64,000 nucleotides of DNA from Chitinophagales bacterium (lineage in GTDB: Bacteria > Bacteroidota > Bacteroidia > Chitinophagales > CAIOSU01), in the NCBI GenBank assembly GCA_041748615.1, contig JBGTCY010000177.1, forward strand, positions 2,109-66,108, given 5' to 3'. Position numbers and translations under genes: made by a program. Of this stretch, positions 16,881-27,501 are shown piece after piece. Below the pieces are notes generated by a model. The model made no database searches. It saw only the letters and a list, made by a program, of their open reading frames with translations, and was not told where the DNA came from. Every line of letters begins with the position of its first letter. Within the stretch, counting starts at the first letter, position 1.

Positions 16881-18866
16881 TCATGAAACCGTGTAGCCGA
16901 CCTCCCTTCCCAACTCCTTCCACCCATTCCAGATAATTTTTAAATCGCTGTAGGCATCATAGTCTTTGGCATACAAAAGATTGAGCCGCTTTGCAGCGGA
17001 ATCGCTGATATTTTTAGTGATGAGAGCATCAATGGGATTCAGGATGCCCGGTTTAATTTTTGGCAATACATAATTTCCGTTTTGTAGTACGTTACCGGCA
17101 TAACCCACCCATGTTTTTGAGCCTGATAAAACCATCCCCCAATTTTTAATAAATCCCCAAAAGTTTTTAATCAAAAAAATATTTACCGGAAGCAAAAAAA
17201 TGAAGCTGCAGCACAACGCGATATCTAAGAATCGCTTGTTTCTTCTGTTCATCGGTGAGGAGATGGCAAGATTCACGTCAATGGCAAACAAGTCGCCCGC
17301 TGAGTTTTTTGAATTGCTGCCAATGATGCTCGCGCTGTTTTCCGGAACGATTTTGTAATTCAGTTCCGGTCCGTTTTCCAGCATTGCCGTGATGATTTTT
17401 TTTGCGGAAACATGCTTGCTGCAAAAAATAATTTCATCCACATCATATGTGTTTTTAATTTCCGCCAACTCATCGTAGGCGCCAAGGCAGTGCTCGTCTT
17501 CAACCGCTTTTCCATTGGGCGAAACATACCCGATGAAACGATAATCGCTGTCGGCATGGGTGAGCAACGCCAACGCGCGCTCCGCCTCTTCTTTATCCCC
17601 CACCACCACCATGCGGTGCGATGATTCATCCGTAACACCTGATTTTTTGCCAAACAACATTTTCAAAACCAACCTCAACCCCACCATCGAAAATACCGCC
17701 CATGCCGCACCGAGTATTATCATCGCGCGGGAAAAGCGCAATGATTCAGGCAGGAACGCGTAGAAAGCGGCAATCAGTAATGAGCCTGTGAGCAAACCTC
17801 TGACTAAGCGGTGGTTTTTTACAGGCTTGTCATAACCGCCACTCAGGTAAACGGAAACAAGCCAAAAGAAGATATATCCCGGTACGATGTACAACATGTA
17901 TTCGGGCGGATAATACTCGGGAGCATTTTTGATATTGGACGCCCAGAAATTTTTGATGAGCAGCATCCCGGCATATAGCAGCACAGCGTCCGCAAAGGGC
18001 AGCATGATTTGCCCCAGCGCTCTTTTGAAAAAAGCGGCAACCGCGCTCAGGTAAACCGCTACGGCAATCACGATGGAGTATATTTTCGCCTGCTGTGAAG
18101 AAAAATGTTTTTTCGCGAAAATCAGCATCGCGTTGTAAAACATCTTCACATAATTCAGGCTCCCGCGCTTGGTGCTTTCCCCCTTGTAGTGAATGATTTG
18201 TGTTTCGGGGAAATAATAGTTTTTATATCCGGCTAATTTGATGCGATACGAGAGGTCAACATCTTCTCCGTACATGAAAAAAGTTTCATCCAGCAGTCCG
18301 ATAGTGTCGAGCGTTTTTTTTCGAATCAGCATGAACGCGCCCGACAACACATCCACTTCATGCGTATCGTTTTCATTCAAAAAACCAAGATGATACCTGC
18401 CGAAAGTTTTTGATTTCGGAAAGAGCGCGGACAGTCCGGTGATTTTATAAAACGAAACCGCGGGCGTGGGCAGTGAGCGTTTTGATTCCGGCAGAAAAAT
18501 TCCCTTGCCGTCAATCATGTTCACGCCCAGCGCGCCCGCTTCGGGATGCGCATCCATAAAGCGCACTGTTTTTTCCAGCGTGTCTTCCTGCAGCAATGTG
18601 TCCGGATTCAGCAGCAACACAAATTCGCCTTTCGCGATTTTGATTGCCTGGTTGTTGGCGATGGAGAATCCTTTGTTTACTATGTTCTCAAGCAGCGTGA
18701 CTTCGGGAAACCGGCTTTTCACCAATGCCGCTGAACCGTCAGACGAAGCATTGTCCACCACGATGATTTCAGCCTCCAAATTTTCGGCTGCTTTTTTCAC
18801 TGAAGCCAAAGCCTGCTCCAGGAAATATTTCACATTATAGTTGACGATGATGATGGTGAGCTTCAT
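16881..18866 (-). CDS. Family-2 glycosyltransferase fused to a multi-TM region and a degenerate C-terminal sugar-transferase-like module
   Basis: The ATG at 18866 gives MKLTIIIVNYNVKYFLEQAL...VVDNASSDGS, the GT2 N-terminus. The central region is hydrophobic. The C-terminus KRFLDIALCCSFIFLLPVNIF resembles the membrane hairpin of bacterial sugar transferases. Confidence 0.75.
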   Translation of the reverse strand: MKLTIIIVNYNVKYFLEQALASVKKAAENLEAEIIVVDNASSDGSAALVKSRFPEVTLLENIVNKGFSIANNQAIKIAKGEFVLLLNPDTLLQEDTLEKTVRFMDAHPEAGALGVNMIDGKGIFLPESKRSLPTPAVSFYKITGLSALFPKSKTFGRYHLGFLNENDTHEVDVLSGAFMLIRKKTLDTIGLLDETFFMYGEDVDLSYRIKLAGYKNYYFPETQIIHYKGESTKRGSLNYVKMFYNAMLIFAKKHFSSQQAKIYSIVIAVAVYLSAVAAFFKRALGQIMLPFADAVLLYAGMLLIKNFWASNIKNAPEYYPPEYMLYIVPGYIFFWLVSVYLSGGYDKPVKNHRLVRGLLTGSLLIAAFYAFLPESLRFSRAMIILGAAWAVFSMVGLRLVLKMLFGKKSGVTDESSHRMVVVGDKEEAERALALLTHADSDYRFIGYVSPNGKAVEDEHCLGAYDELAEIKNTYDVDEIIFCSKHVSAKKIITAMLENGPELNYKIVPENSASIIGSNSKNSAGDLFAIDVNLAISSPMNRRNKRFLDIALCCSFIFLLPVNIFLIKNFWGFIKNWGMVLSGSKTWVGYAGNVLQNGNYVLPKIKPGILNPIDALITKNISDSAAKRLNLLYAKDYDAYSDLKIIWNGWKELGREVGYTVS

Positions 18867-19106
18867 GGGGTGATGAAAGGCGGAATCGGGCATTCAATCA
18901 ATACGAAGATAAACCCGAATTATTCTCGTTCGCGATAAAAATTGCTATTTGAAAAATGATGCATTCATCAATGTGCAGTTCTAAAAATTGCTCTTTTTGA
19001 TTGCCTTATCCCTTGCCTTCTCCAAAGGAGAAGGAGATAGAGGTAATTTTTAGGACTGCCCGAATGAAAGAAGAAAAGAAACCTGAAACTGTCTGAAAAT
19101 TTCGTT

Positions 19107-19727
19107 TCACCCTTTCACCAAAAAACTTTCGTATGGAATCCGGTTGACCAAAGCGCGGGCGAGGGTGATTTCATCCGTGTATTCCAACTCGCCCCCGACC
19201 GAGATACCGCGCGAAATCGCGGTGACTCTGATGTTCAGCGGAGTGATTTTTCTTGTAAGATAAAAAATGGTGGTGTCACCTTCCATCGTGGGACTGAGCG
19301 CCATCACGATTTCGCGCACCTGATTTTTTTGAAGCCGCGCGATGAGCGATTCGATATTCAGGTCATCCGGTCCGATGCCGTCCATCGGAGAGATAATCCC
19401 GCCCAGCACATGATAGACTCCGTTGAAGTGGTTGGTGTTTTCCACCGCCATCACATCGCGCAGGCTTTCCACCACACAAATCAGCGAACGGTCGCGCCTG
19501 GGGTTCGCGCAGATATTACAAATGTCCGAATCCGATACGTTGTGGCATTCGCGGCAAAACCTGATTTCATCGCGCATCCGCATCACGGCTTCGCCTAATT
19601 GAACGGAGCGTTCTTTGGGCTGCTTCAATAAGTGAAGTACCAGGCGCAACGCGGTTTTTTTCCCGATTCCGGGGAGCTTAGAAAATTCATTGACCGCGTC
19701 TTCAATCAGTTTGGAAGGAAAATTCAT
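19107..19727 (-). CDS. recR: Recombination protein RecR
   Basis: 206 aa with the HhH segment LPGIGKKTALRL, a C4 zinc finger CRECHNVSDSDICNIC, and a Toprim region. Confidence 0.92.
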   Translation of the reverse strand: MNFPSKLIEDAVNEFSKLPGIGKKTALRLVLHLLKQPKERSVQLGEAVMRMRDEIRFCRECHNVSDSDICNICANPRRDRSLICVVESLRDVMAVENTNHFNGVYHVLGGIISPMDGIGPDDLNIESLIARLQKNQVREIVMALSPTMEGDTTIFYLTRKITPLNIRVTAISRGISVGGELEYTDEITLARALVNRIPYESFLVKG

Positions 19728-19791
19728 GGATTTCAGTGTAGTGAGCGAATTTAGTTTTTTCAGAGCAGGCTATTTTTTATTCTTATTGCTT

Positions 19792-19903
19792 GGGTGTATG
19801 ATTGTGTCATGCCGGACTTGTTCCGGCATCCCCATGTGCTTGTAAACAGCGGGGGATTCCGGCATAAAGCCGGAATGACAACTGTGCAATTTGACCTACA
19901 CCC
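19792..19903. repeat. Composite palindromic intergenic element (REP-like)
   Basis: The outer inverted repeat is GGGTGTA...TACACCC. The inner hairpins are ATGCCGGA-cttgt-TCCGGCAT (19809-19829) and ATTCCGGC-ataa-GCCGGAAT (19856-19876). A 20-nt exact inverted copy of 19814-19833 occurs at 21620-21639. Confidence 0.7.
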
Positions 19904-19980
19904 ACAAATTTTTAAACCCTGTCGCTCTTCAAGGAATTTGATTATTTTGACTGTTGAATTTTAACATCCGTTTACCGCTT

Positions 19981-20367
19981 ATGTTTTTTTCCGTTTTTAA
20001 AAAGAATATCAAATCATTCGGTTACGCCATCAAAGGTATTTTGCATCTTTTCTCCTCTCAAAAAAACATGCGGATACACTTCGTCATCGCGGTCGCGGTG
20101 ATTCTATCCGGATTTTATTTCAAGATTACCGCTGCGGATTGGAGCTTAGTCGTCATTTGCATCACATTGGTGTTTTTTGCCGAGGCAATCAATACCTCCA
20201 TTGAATACCTGACCGATTTGGCGCACCCGGATTTTCATCCCCTTGCCGGTAAAATAAAAGACATCAGCGCGGGGGCGGTTTTATTAGCCGCGCTGGGAGC
20301 CGCTGTGGTCGGGTTGATAATTTTCTCAAAATATTTAACGGACATAGTTGAAAATCTCCGATTTTGA
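19981..20367 (+). CDS. dgkA: Diacylglycerol kinase family protein (DgkA / undecaprenol kinase type)
   Basis: It has three TM helices and the conserved EAINTSIE segment. I prefer the ATG at 19981 to the TTG at 19954. Confidence 0.8.
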   Translation: MFFSVFKKNIKSFGYAIKGILHLFSSQKNMRIHFVIAVAVILSGFYFKITAADWSLVVICITLVFFAEAINTSIEYLTDLAHPDFHPLAGKIKDISAGAVLLAALGAAVVGLIIFSKYLTDIVENLRF

Positions 20368-20377
20368 TTTAGCTTTG
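20348..20377 (+). promoter_or_regulatory. Candidate Bacteroidota sigma-A promoter for the RRM gene
   Basis: TAGCTTTG (20370-20377) fits the -7 consensus TAnnTTTG and lies 25 nt upstream of the ATG at 20403. A TTG at 20348-20350 sits 19 nt upstream and could be the -33 element. Confidence 0.4.
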
Positions 20378-20402
20378 TCCTTCATTTATTTATTTATTTT
20401 TC

Positions 20403-20654
20403 ATGAATATTTACATTGCAAACATCAGCTTCCGCGCAAAGGAAGACCATCTGAAAGAATTATTTGAACAATACGGTGAAGTGGCTTCCGTGAAGATTGT
20501 CACTGACCGTGAGACGGGCCGAAGCCGCGGCTTCGGTTTTGTTGATATGCCCAATGATTCTGAAGGCAGAGAAGCCATCTCCAAACTCAATGGCTTTGAA
20601 TTCCAGCAGCGCAATCTCGTGGTGAACGAAGCGAGACCCGGCAAAGCAAGATAA
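20403..20654 (+). CDS. RRM-type RNA-binding protein
   Basis: 83 aa with RNP2 (IYIANI) and RNP1 (RGFGFVDM) motifs. Confidence 0.9.
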   Translation: MNIYIANISFRAKEDHLKELFEQYGEVASVKIVTDRETGRSRGFGFVDMPNDSEGREAISKLNGFEFQQRNLVVNEARPGKAR

Positions 20655-20752
20655 TTCCCGCACTTATCTCGACAGGTAACATAAATGGTACGATGATTGC
20701 TCGTAGCCATGATGCTTTTTATTTGCTTAATTTTAAACAAACACATTCGTTT

Positions 20753-21493
20753 ATGAAAACCGCAATCATCCTGACTTTTTCCGCCTTGTTTTATATCCCC
20801 TCCGTTTTTGCAGGGAATACCTTTGAGGGTAACATGATTATCACCACCGAAAACGGGGGGAAAGCGGCCGGGAAAATGACGCTTGCCGTTAAAAACGATT
20901 TAATCGCCATCAATCCCGGTTCAGGTCCTCAATCCATCCTGAATGTTTCAACCGGGGATTTTTTAACCGTCATTAACCAGGGCGGTCAGAAAATGGTGAT
21001 GAAAATGAATATCGCGCTGCTTGGTGATTTGGGAGAATTACCGTCTTTCATGGGTCCGTTTGCGGGTTACATCGGAAAGACCGGCAAAGAAGCGGGCACC
21101 TCTGAAGTTGAGGTTGCCAATGAAACCAAAGTAGTGAATGGCTTTAAGTGTAAAAAATACACGATTAAAGACAAAGACGCCATCACCACCATTTGGGCAA
21201 CGCAGGATGTACCCTTCAGCCTTGCGAATTTGTTTGACTTGCTGAAAGCTCCCAACGGACAACATCAGGGCTTGAAATCTTCTTTCCCCGTTCAGGCAAG
21301 CGTGAAAGATTTAAAAACCAACGAAGTGAGCAACTACGATATTAAAGTGGAGAAAAAATCATTGGAAGCGAATTTATTCGAAGTACCCAAAGAATACATG
21401 GTAATGGATATGACACCTCTGATTCAGCAAATGTTTCAAAGTGGCGACCCCGCCCAAATCAAATCTATTTTAGACCAGTTTCTGCCGAAGTAG
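20753..21493 (+). CDS. Secreted DUF4412-like protein
   Basis: The ATG at 20753 gives the signal peptide MKTAIILTFSALFYIPSVFAG. The family call is from memory and has low certainty. Confidence 0.6.
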   Translation: MKTAIILTFSALFYIPSVFAGNTFEGNMIITTENGGKAAGKMTLAVKNDLIAINPGSGPQSILNVSTGDFLTVINQGGQKMVMKMNIALLGDLGELPSFMGPFAGYIGKTGKEAGTSEVEVANETKVVNGFKCKKYTIKDKDAITTIWATQDVPFSLANLFDLLKAPNGQHQGLKSSFPVQASVKDLKTNEVSNYDIKVEKKSLEANLFEVPKEYMVMDMTPLIQQMFQSGDPAQIKSILDQFLPK

Positions 21494-21798
21494 GTTTTAG
21501 GGCGGTTTTTTAAACTTCATTTTCCTGCGCTTAATCTGCCAATCTGTGGCATAATGTGTTTGTAATTGAAATTGAACAATTAACAATTAACAATGGACTA
21601 TGGACTGTAACTAACCCAAGGGGATGCCGGAACAAGTCCAGCAATATCTCAACTTTAAACATCAGACTTTGAACCTTAAACTCCCTTCCTCCCCCGGAGG
21701 TAAGACACCACAATCGCGAAACGCTATTAATCAAAGCAAGGCACAGACGTACGAAGCGAGCGCAAAAAAAAATTACATCCGTAAGAAGTTGGCAAAGA

Positions 21799-23772
21799 TT
21801 ACTTGTCCACCGAGCTTTTCACTTTCAATCCTTCGGGTTGTTTGACCACAACGAATTCGGTGCGCCTGTTCAGTTGATGTTCCTCTTCGGTGCAGGGCAC
21901 ATTGTTGACACAATGATTCACCGGCACTGACTCTCCGAAGCCTTTGGCTTTGATGAGCGATTTGTTGATGCCTTTTGAAACGATGTAGCTCACGGCTGAT
22001 TCCGCACGTTTTTGGGAGAGCCACATGTTGTAAGTATCGGAACCGCGGCTGTCGGTGTGTGAGCGCAATTCCACCACCATGCCGGGATATTTCTTCATGA
22101 AATCTACGAAGCGGTCAAGCTCCTTTGCCGCATCGGGGCGAATATCATATTTGTCGAAATCGTAGTAGATATTTTCGAGCTTAATCACCTCTCCCACAGA
22201 AATGCGCTGCATTTCGAGTACCATCTCAATGGTGTCTTTGTCCGGCTGGTGTGTTGAGATTTCTTTCGGGCTGATGAGGAACCATCCGTACTTTTCCGAA
22301 GTGACGATAAAATCCTGTTTCAGCGGAAGGTCGAAGATGAATTTTCCTTTGTTATCGGTCGTGGCGGAATCAATAAATTCAGCGGGAACCTGCATGAGCC
22401 TGACCAACGCATCGGGGATGGGTTCGCGGGTTTTCTTGTCAATCACCTTGCCCAGCAGGACAACTTTTGATTTTTTGTCAAAGGCATAAATATCATCATC
22501 GCCACTTCCACCCGGGCGGTTAGAAGAGAAAAATCCGTTGATGATATCCTCATTGTAAATCAAACCGAAATCATCGCGGTGTGAGTTGACGGGATAACCG
22601 ACATTGGTGACATTGCCCCATTCGCCATCGGTTTTTGTCGCGGAGTAAATATCAAGTCCGCCAAAACCTTCGTAGCTGTCGGAAGCAAAAAAGAGTGTTC
22701 CGTTTTTGTGCATGAACGGGAACACCTCATCGCCTTTCGTATTGACGTCTTTACCCAAATTTACCGGAGGAGAAAATCCATCATCCTTGATTCTGACATA
22801 GTATAAATCCTGACCGCCCCGGGCGTCATCATGCGGCATGTCGGAGGCGAAAAACAAATATCTGCCATCATGCGAAAGTGTGGGATGACCCACGGAATAT
22901 TCATCGCTGTTGAAAGGTAGGTCAAAGATATTTGTCCATTTGCCGTCAACGAATTCAGCGCGAAACACTTTCAGCTTCATAATCCCTTCCTTGCTCTTTT
23001 TCTTTTTCTTGATATAGTTGTTGCGGGTAAAATACATGACGGTATAAGTCGAGTCAAAGGCGACCGGTCCTTCGTGATATTCTTTGTTCACATGACCTTC
23101 CAATGGAACCGGGGTGGTGAAGCCGGTATCTGTTTGTACAGAAATAAAAATGTCGAGAAACGGACTGCCCGACCACAAATTATCAATCTTGCCGGTGCCG
23201 CGTGCCGATGGAAAAACAATGGCGCTGTCGTTTTTGAAAAAAGTTGGACTGAAATCTGAAACCGGAGAGTTATGCGGAAATTCACGGATAATAAATTTAG
23301 AAGAATCGGCAATCCATTTCGGAATCAGGTCAATGCCATCCGCAAGGCGTTTGCCGCGCGGGTCGGTGGAATCGGCTTTAGCATATTCAAGGTAATATTT
23401 TTTCGCTTCATCATATTGCTGTGCAGTGCGTAGCATTTGCGCGTAGTAAAATTTCTGAATCGCTGTGTGCCCGGGCTGGCTGACCACTTCCGCGTACCAT
23501 CTCAGAGCGTTTTCATAATCACCGGTAATCCGGTAAACATCCGCCAACTTTCCGAGCGCTTTGATATTGTCAGGGCGCTTGTTTAAAACTTTTGTGTAAC
23601 CTTTGATGGCTTTTTCAAATTGGAATAGTGAAAATGCCTTGTCGGCTTTTCTCAGTTTTCTGCCTTGCGCGTTTGCATCGGAAGTGGCAACAATCATCAA
23701 GACTGAAAGAAGAAAACAAACTAAAATTTTGTACAGGAGGCTGAACGAATGGGTTGAGTTCGGGTAATTCAT
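21799..23772 (-). CDS. OmpA-family peptidoglycan-associated protein with TPR, TolB-like beta-propeller and CarboxypepD_reg-like regions
   Basis: 657 aa with a signal peptide, N-terminal TPR-like helices, and PD40-like repeats. The C-terminal OmpA_C region reads ELRSHTDSRGSDTYNMWLSQKRAESAVSY...NRRTEF. Confidence 0.85.
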   Translation of the reverse strand: MNYPNSTHSFSLLYKILVCFLLSVLMIVATSDANAQGRKLRKADKAFSLFQFEKAIKGYTKVLNKRPDNIKALGKLADVYRITGDYENALRWYAEVVSQPGHTAIQKFYYAQMLRTAQQYDEAKKYYLEYAKADSTDPRGKRLADGIDLIPKWIADSSKFIIREFPHNSPVSDFSPTFFKNDSAIVFPSARGTGKIDNLWSGSPFLDIFISVQTDTGFTTPVPLEGHVNKEYHEGPVAFDSTYTVMYFTRNNYIKKKKKSKEGIMKLKVFRAEFVDGKWTNIFDLPFNSDEYSVGHPTLSHDGRYLFFASDMPHDDARGGQDLYYVRIKDDGFSPPVNLGKDVNTKGDEVFPFMHKNGTLFFASDSYEGFGGLDIYSATKTDGEWGNVTNVGYPVNSHRDDFGLIYNEDIINGFFSSNRPGGSGDDDIYAFDKKSKVVLLGKVIDKKTREPIPDALVRLMQVPAEFIDSATTDNKGKFIFDLPLKQDFIVTSEKYGWFLISPKEISTHQPDKDTIEMVLEMQRISVGEVIKLENIYYDFDKYDIRPDAAKELDRFVDFMKKYPGMVVELRSHTDSRGSDTYNMWLSQKRAESAVSYIVSKGINKSLIKAKGFGESVPVNHCVNNVPCTEEEHQLNRRTEFVVVKQPEGLKVKSSVDK

Positions 23773-24155
23773 TTTTTTATCCTTTAAAGATAAGCATGTT
23801 GGTTAACGCAATATTGGGAAATATCAGTTACAGTTAAAAAGATCAGCGGTATTGTAATATTAATATTCAATTTTATACACTAAACCAATTCTTTTTTACG
23901 GAAAAAACAAGTATTTGTTAGAGGGGGGCAAGCGTAACGTAAGACAAAAAAAAATTTAATCAACAAAAAGTGAATTGACCATTGTCTTTCATTCACGGTG
24001 TATAATGACAAATTGCACTGTTGTCATGCCGTCCGCCTATTCTGGCGTGACGGAATCCCCTGCTGAATGCAAACAGATGGGGATGCAGGATCAAGTCGGC
24101 AAAGTGCAATTTGAAAAAAATGCTGAATTTCAGAAGGGCTGATAAGAAAACCAAT

Positions 24156-24578
24156 ATGCGAAAGATTATTGATGCTTTGACATTACCTAAAAGACTTTTT
24201 TTGATTGATGGATTTGGAGCTTTTATGACCGCTCTTATTTTATTTTCAATTTTGAGACCACTGAATGAATACATTGGAATGCCCAAGAGTATTCTTACGA
24301 TTCTTTCAATAATAGCATTGGCATTTTGTGTTTATTCAGTAAGTTGCTTTTTTCTCGTGAAAAAAAATTGGAAGCCTTTTCTAAAAGCTGTAAGTATTGG
24401 CAATTTAATTTATTGTTGCTTGACGCTTGGACTTATTGTTTATTATTATCCTCAACTAACTATTTTGGGACTAACCTATTTTTTGCTCGAAATCTTTTTA
24501 ATCTGTGGGCTTGTTTTCATTGAGATGTATATTTTGACATTAATTAGTAGAGCGAAACAGATGACGATTATTAACTAA
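24156..24578 (+). CDS. Hypothetical 4-TM membrane protein
   Basis: The profile is hydrophobic. I prefer the ATG at 24156 to the TTG at 24111. Confidence 0.5.
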   Translation: MRKIIDALTLPKRLFLIDGFGAFMTALILFSILRPLNEYIGMPKSILTILSIIALAFCVYSVSCFFLVKKNWKPFLKAVSIGNLIYCCLTLGLIVYYYPQLTILGLTYFLLEIFLICGLVFIEMYILTLISRAKQMTIIN

Positions 24579-24589
24579 AATTTTAGCCG

Positions 24590-26086
24590 ATGAAAAAATG
24601 GATTTTACAATTTTTACTGTTTTATGCAATGGGGATTTGTGTTGTTTGCGCTCAACAGCGCGGAGAATATATTTCATTTGAATGGCTTGAAACACAAACA
24701 GCCGCTTCCTTAGGCGCGGAGGTGCAGCAAAATATCGGCTTGCCGCCCTCATTGTTGGGGATTCAATATGATTTTGATGTTTACAGGGTGATTTATTACA
24801 CGGAAGACATTCATCCCGACAGCCTCACCACCGCTTCGGGATTAGTAGTGATTCCGAATAATTTTCCATGTTCGGAACTCGGCATTTTCACCTTCGGACA
24901 CGGGTTGATGATAAAAGATTTTGAAGTGCCTTCAAACAATGATAATATTTACGCATTCATTTCAAAAGGCATTGCCGCCAATGGATTCATCGCGGCAGCG
25001 CCTGATTATATTCACCTTGGTCCGTTCGCTTCGCCCGGTTTTCAGGCTTTCATGAATGAACGGACAGAATCAGCCGCGACCATTGATTTGATACGTGCTA
25101 TTAAAACTTTCGCGGCCGCGCAGGAGATTCAATTGAGCGAACAACTTTTTTTATCCGGCTATTCTCAGGGCGGACATTCTTCGATGGCTACTGCGAAAGC
25201 CATTCAGGAAAATTATGCCGGAGAACTTTCCGTGACCGCTTTGTCGTCAGGCGGAGGCACTTATTTTCTCTCCGGCACCGCTGCCGACAGCCTCGCTTCG
25301 CTGACAAGGGTGACACCCGAACCTCATGCCTTCTGCCTGATACTCCGTTCGTATGCTGAAGTGTATGCCGACAGCCTGCAAGCCAATGGTTTTGATTTGG
25401 ATGGGGCGCGTGTGTTGGACAGCCTGTTCAAGCCGCCTTATAATGACATCCTGAAACCGATGTTAGACCGTGTTGACCCGTTTTTTGACCAGTTTCAACT
25501 TGACTCAGTGCCGATTAGAATGTTGAATGATGCTTGGAAAGATATGTTCATTAACGACCCCAACCATTATTTCCGCAAACTTTTATCCTACAATGACCTC
25601 TACGACTGGTCGCCACAAATGCCGGTGGTAATGTTTCACAGCACGGCTGATATCGAAAATCCGATAGAGAATGTGTTTTTCACCTTGCAGCAATTTCAGC
25701 TAAATGGAGCGCCTGATGTGGAGATTCAAACCGTAGATAATTTCAGCCATCCGGACGCGGCATTGCCTTACGTGTTGTTCACGCTGAATTTCATGAAAGG
25801 GAAAAGACAATCGTGTTATCCGCTATTTGCAAATGAAATTCAACCGGAAGATGCTATTAAAATTTATCCGAACCCCGCAACGCATTCTCTCTGGATTGAA
25901 ACAAATTCAAATGCTGTTTTTGGAGAAATCACCGTCTATGACAGCCGCACAGTGCCGGTTTTAAAACATGAAATCAACGGTGAACTGCAAATGGATATCA
26001 GCAGTCTTCCTACAGGAAATTATTTGATAGCGCTCAGAAAATCCGGTGAAAAAATAAGCCGGTTCAGGATGTTCGTGAAAATGTAA
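24590..26086 (+). CDS. Secreted lipase/esterase (alpha/beta hydrolase) with a type-A T9SS C-terminal sorting domain
   Basis: It has a signal peptide, the nucleophile elbow GYSQGG, and the C-terminus IKIYPNPATHSLWIE...LPTGNYLIAL... typical of the Por/T9SS type-A CTD. Confidence 0.8.
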   Translation: MKKWILQFLLFYAMGICVVCAQQRGEYISFEWLETQTAASLGAEVQQNIGLPPSLLGIQYDFDVYRVIYYTEDIHPDSLTTASGLVVIPNNFPCSELGIFTFGHGLMIKDFEVPSNNDNIYAFISKGIAANGFIAAAPDYIHLGPFASPGFQAFMNERTESAATIDLIRAIKTFAAAQEIQLSEQLFLSGYSQGGHSSMATAKAIQENYAGELSVTALSSGGGTYFLSGTAADSLASLTRVTPEPHAFCLILRSYAEVYADSLQANGFDLDGARVLDSLFKPPYNDILKPMLDRVDPFFDQFQLDSVPIRMLNDAWKDMFINDPNHYFRKLLSYNDLYDWSPQMPVVMFHSTADIENPIENVFFTLQQFQLNGAPDVEIQTVDNFSHPDAALPYVLFTLNFMKGKRQSCYPLFANEIQPEDAIKIYPNPATHSLWIETNSNAVFGEITVYDSRTVPVLKHEINGELQMDISSLPTGNYLIALRKSGEKISRFRMFVKM

Positions 26087-26088
26087 AA

Positions 26089-27132
26089 TCACTTTACGTC
26101 CACCAACTCCACATCGAAAATCAACGTGGCTTTCGGAGGAATAACGCCCGGGTAGCCCTGTTCGCCATAGCCGAGGTAATAAGGGATGATGAGTTTCGCC
26201 TTGCCGCCTTTTTTCAAAAGCGCGATACCTTCGTCCCAGCCTTTAATGACTCTGCCTTCTCCCAACACAAACTCAATCGGCTCACCACGGTCGAGCGAAG
26301 AGTCGAACTTGGTGCCGTCTAACAGCGTGCCGGTGTAATGCACGGCAACTGTTTTTCCGGAAACCGGGTGTTCGCCTGTTCCTTCATTTTCCAGAATGTA
26401 CAACAGTCCGCTGTCCGTTGATTTGGCTCCGGGAAATTTCGCGAGCATTTCTTTGGAGAAATTATCTTTCGCGGCTTTGTCTTTTTCAGATTGGACTTTC
26501 GACCAGTTTTCGCTGATTTCTTTAAATGACTTAGCGCCATCAAATTTCTCGGCATCTTTTCCTTTGCGGTAAATCTTCACGGTTTGAATCACATCATCCT
26601 GTTCGATTTTATTCACTACGTCTTGTCCTTCCACCACATGACCGAAAACAGTATGTTTACCATCTAACCAGGGCGTTTCTTTGTGGGTGATAAAAAACTG
26701 GCTGCCGTTGGTTCCGGCACCCGCGTTTGCCATCGAAAGAATTCCGGGACCGCTGTGTTTCAGCTCAGGTACGATTTCATCAGGAAATTTATAGCCGGGG
26801 TCGCCAGTGCCGGTGCCAAGCGGACATCCGCTCTGAACCATAAAGTCTTTGATTACTCGATGAAATTTGATTCCGTCATAATAAGGAACACCTTCGGCTT
26901 TCGCAGTGTTTTTGATTTTTCCTTCCTCAAGTCCGACAAAGTTGCCCACCGTCATCGGGGTTTTTTGATATTCCAACGAAAGCAGGATACTGCCTTTGTT
27001 CGTGTTGATTTCCGCGTAGAGTCCGTCTGCCAAGTCTTTATATTTTGAGGGTAAGCCTGATTTTTGAGAATTACAGGATGTGAAACTAAAAATGGATGTT
27101 ACAAAAACAAAGAAAACAAAAATATTTTTCAT
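26089..27132 (-). CDS. Dual-domain peptidyl-prolyl isomerase lipoprotein (cyclophilin N-domain + FKBP C-domain)
   Basis: The lipobox is SFTSC. The cyclophilin core is [30 protein letters not shown]...GSQFFIT. The FKBP core is [18 protein letters not shown]...GWDEG...IPYYLGYG. Confidence 0.88.
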   Translation of the reverse strand: MKNIFVFFVFVTSIFSFTSCNSQKSGLPSKYKDLADGLYAEINTNKGSILLSLEYQKTPMTVGNFVGLEEGKIKNTAKAEGVPYYDGIKFHRVIKDFMVQSGCPLGTGTGDPGYKFPDEIVPELKHSGPGILSMANAGAGTNGSQFFITHKETPWLDGKHTVFGHVVEGQDVVNKIEQDDVIQTVKIYRKGKDAEKFDGAKSFKEISENWSKVQSEKDKAAKDNFSKEMLAKFPGAKSTDSGLLYILENEGTGEHPVSGKTVAVHYTGTLLDGTKFDSSLDRGEPIEFVLGEGRVIKGWDEGIALLKKGGKAKLIIPYYLGYGEQGYPGVIPPKATLIFDVELVDVK

Positions 27133-27146
27133 GGTACTGCATTTTT

Positions 27147-27494
27147 TTAAAGCGCGTCAAAATAACGAATAATCTGTTGCTTCAACAAATATTCCTGTTC
27201 ATCGGCAGAGAGTTCGGGCAGCCTTTGCGTGGCAATCCAATGGGGCCAGCCGTCAGCATCCAATCCTTCCAACTCATAATACCCCAAATCGCTCAGCAAG
27301 CGACAAACGGCAATGTGCATCAGATGTTGTTTTTCTTCTTTGGTAAATTTTGTTTTAAGCTGACCTAATTCGCGCATGCCGATTAAAAAAAGCAATTCGT
27401 GCAAATTGGGATTTTTGCGAAACTGCCGGAAAACGCGCGCCTGCACTTTGCGGAAGGATTCATTGATAAGCGGTTTTTCTGTTTCGGGAATCAT
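27147..27494 (-). CDS. Conserved hypothetical protein
   Basis: A 115-aa ORF with no overlapping alternative, tightly following the upstream gene (7-nt gap). Confidence 0.5.
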   Translation of the reverse strand: MIPETEKPLINESFRKVQARVFRQFRKNPNLHELLFLIGMRELGQLKTKFTKEEKQHLMHIAVCRLLSDLGYYELEGLDADGWPHWIATQRLPELSADEQEYLLKQQIIRYFDAL

Positions 27495-27501
27495 TGATTT
27501 T

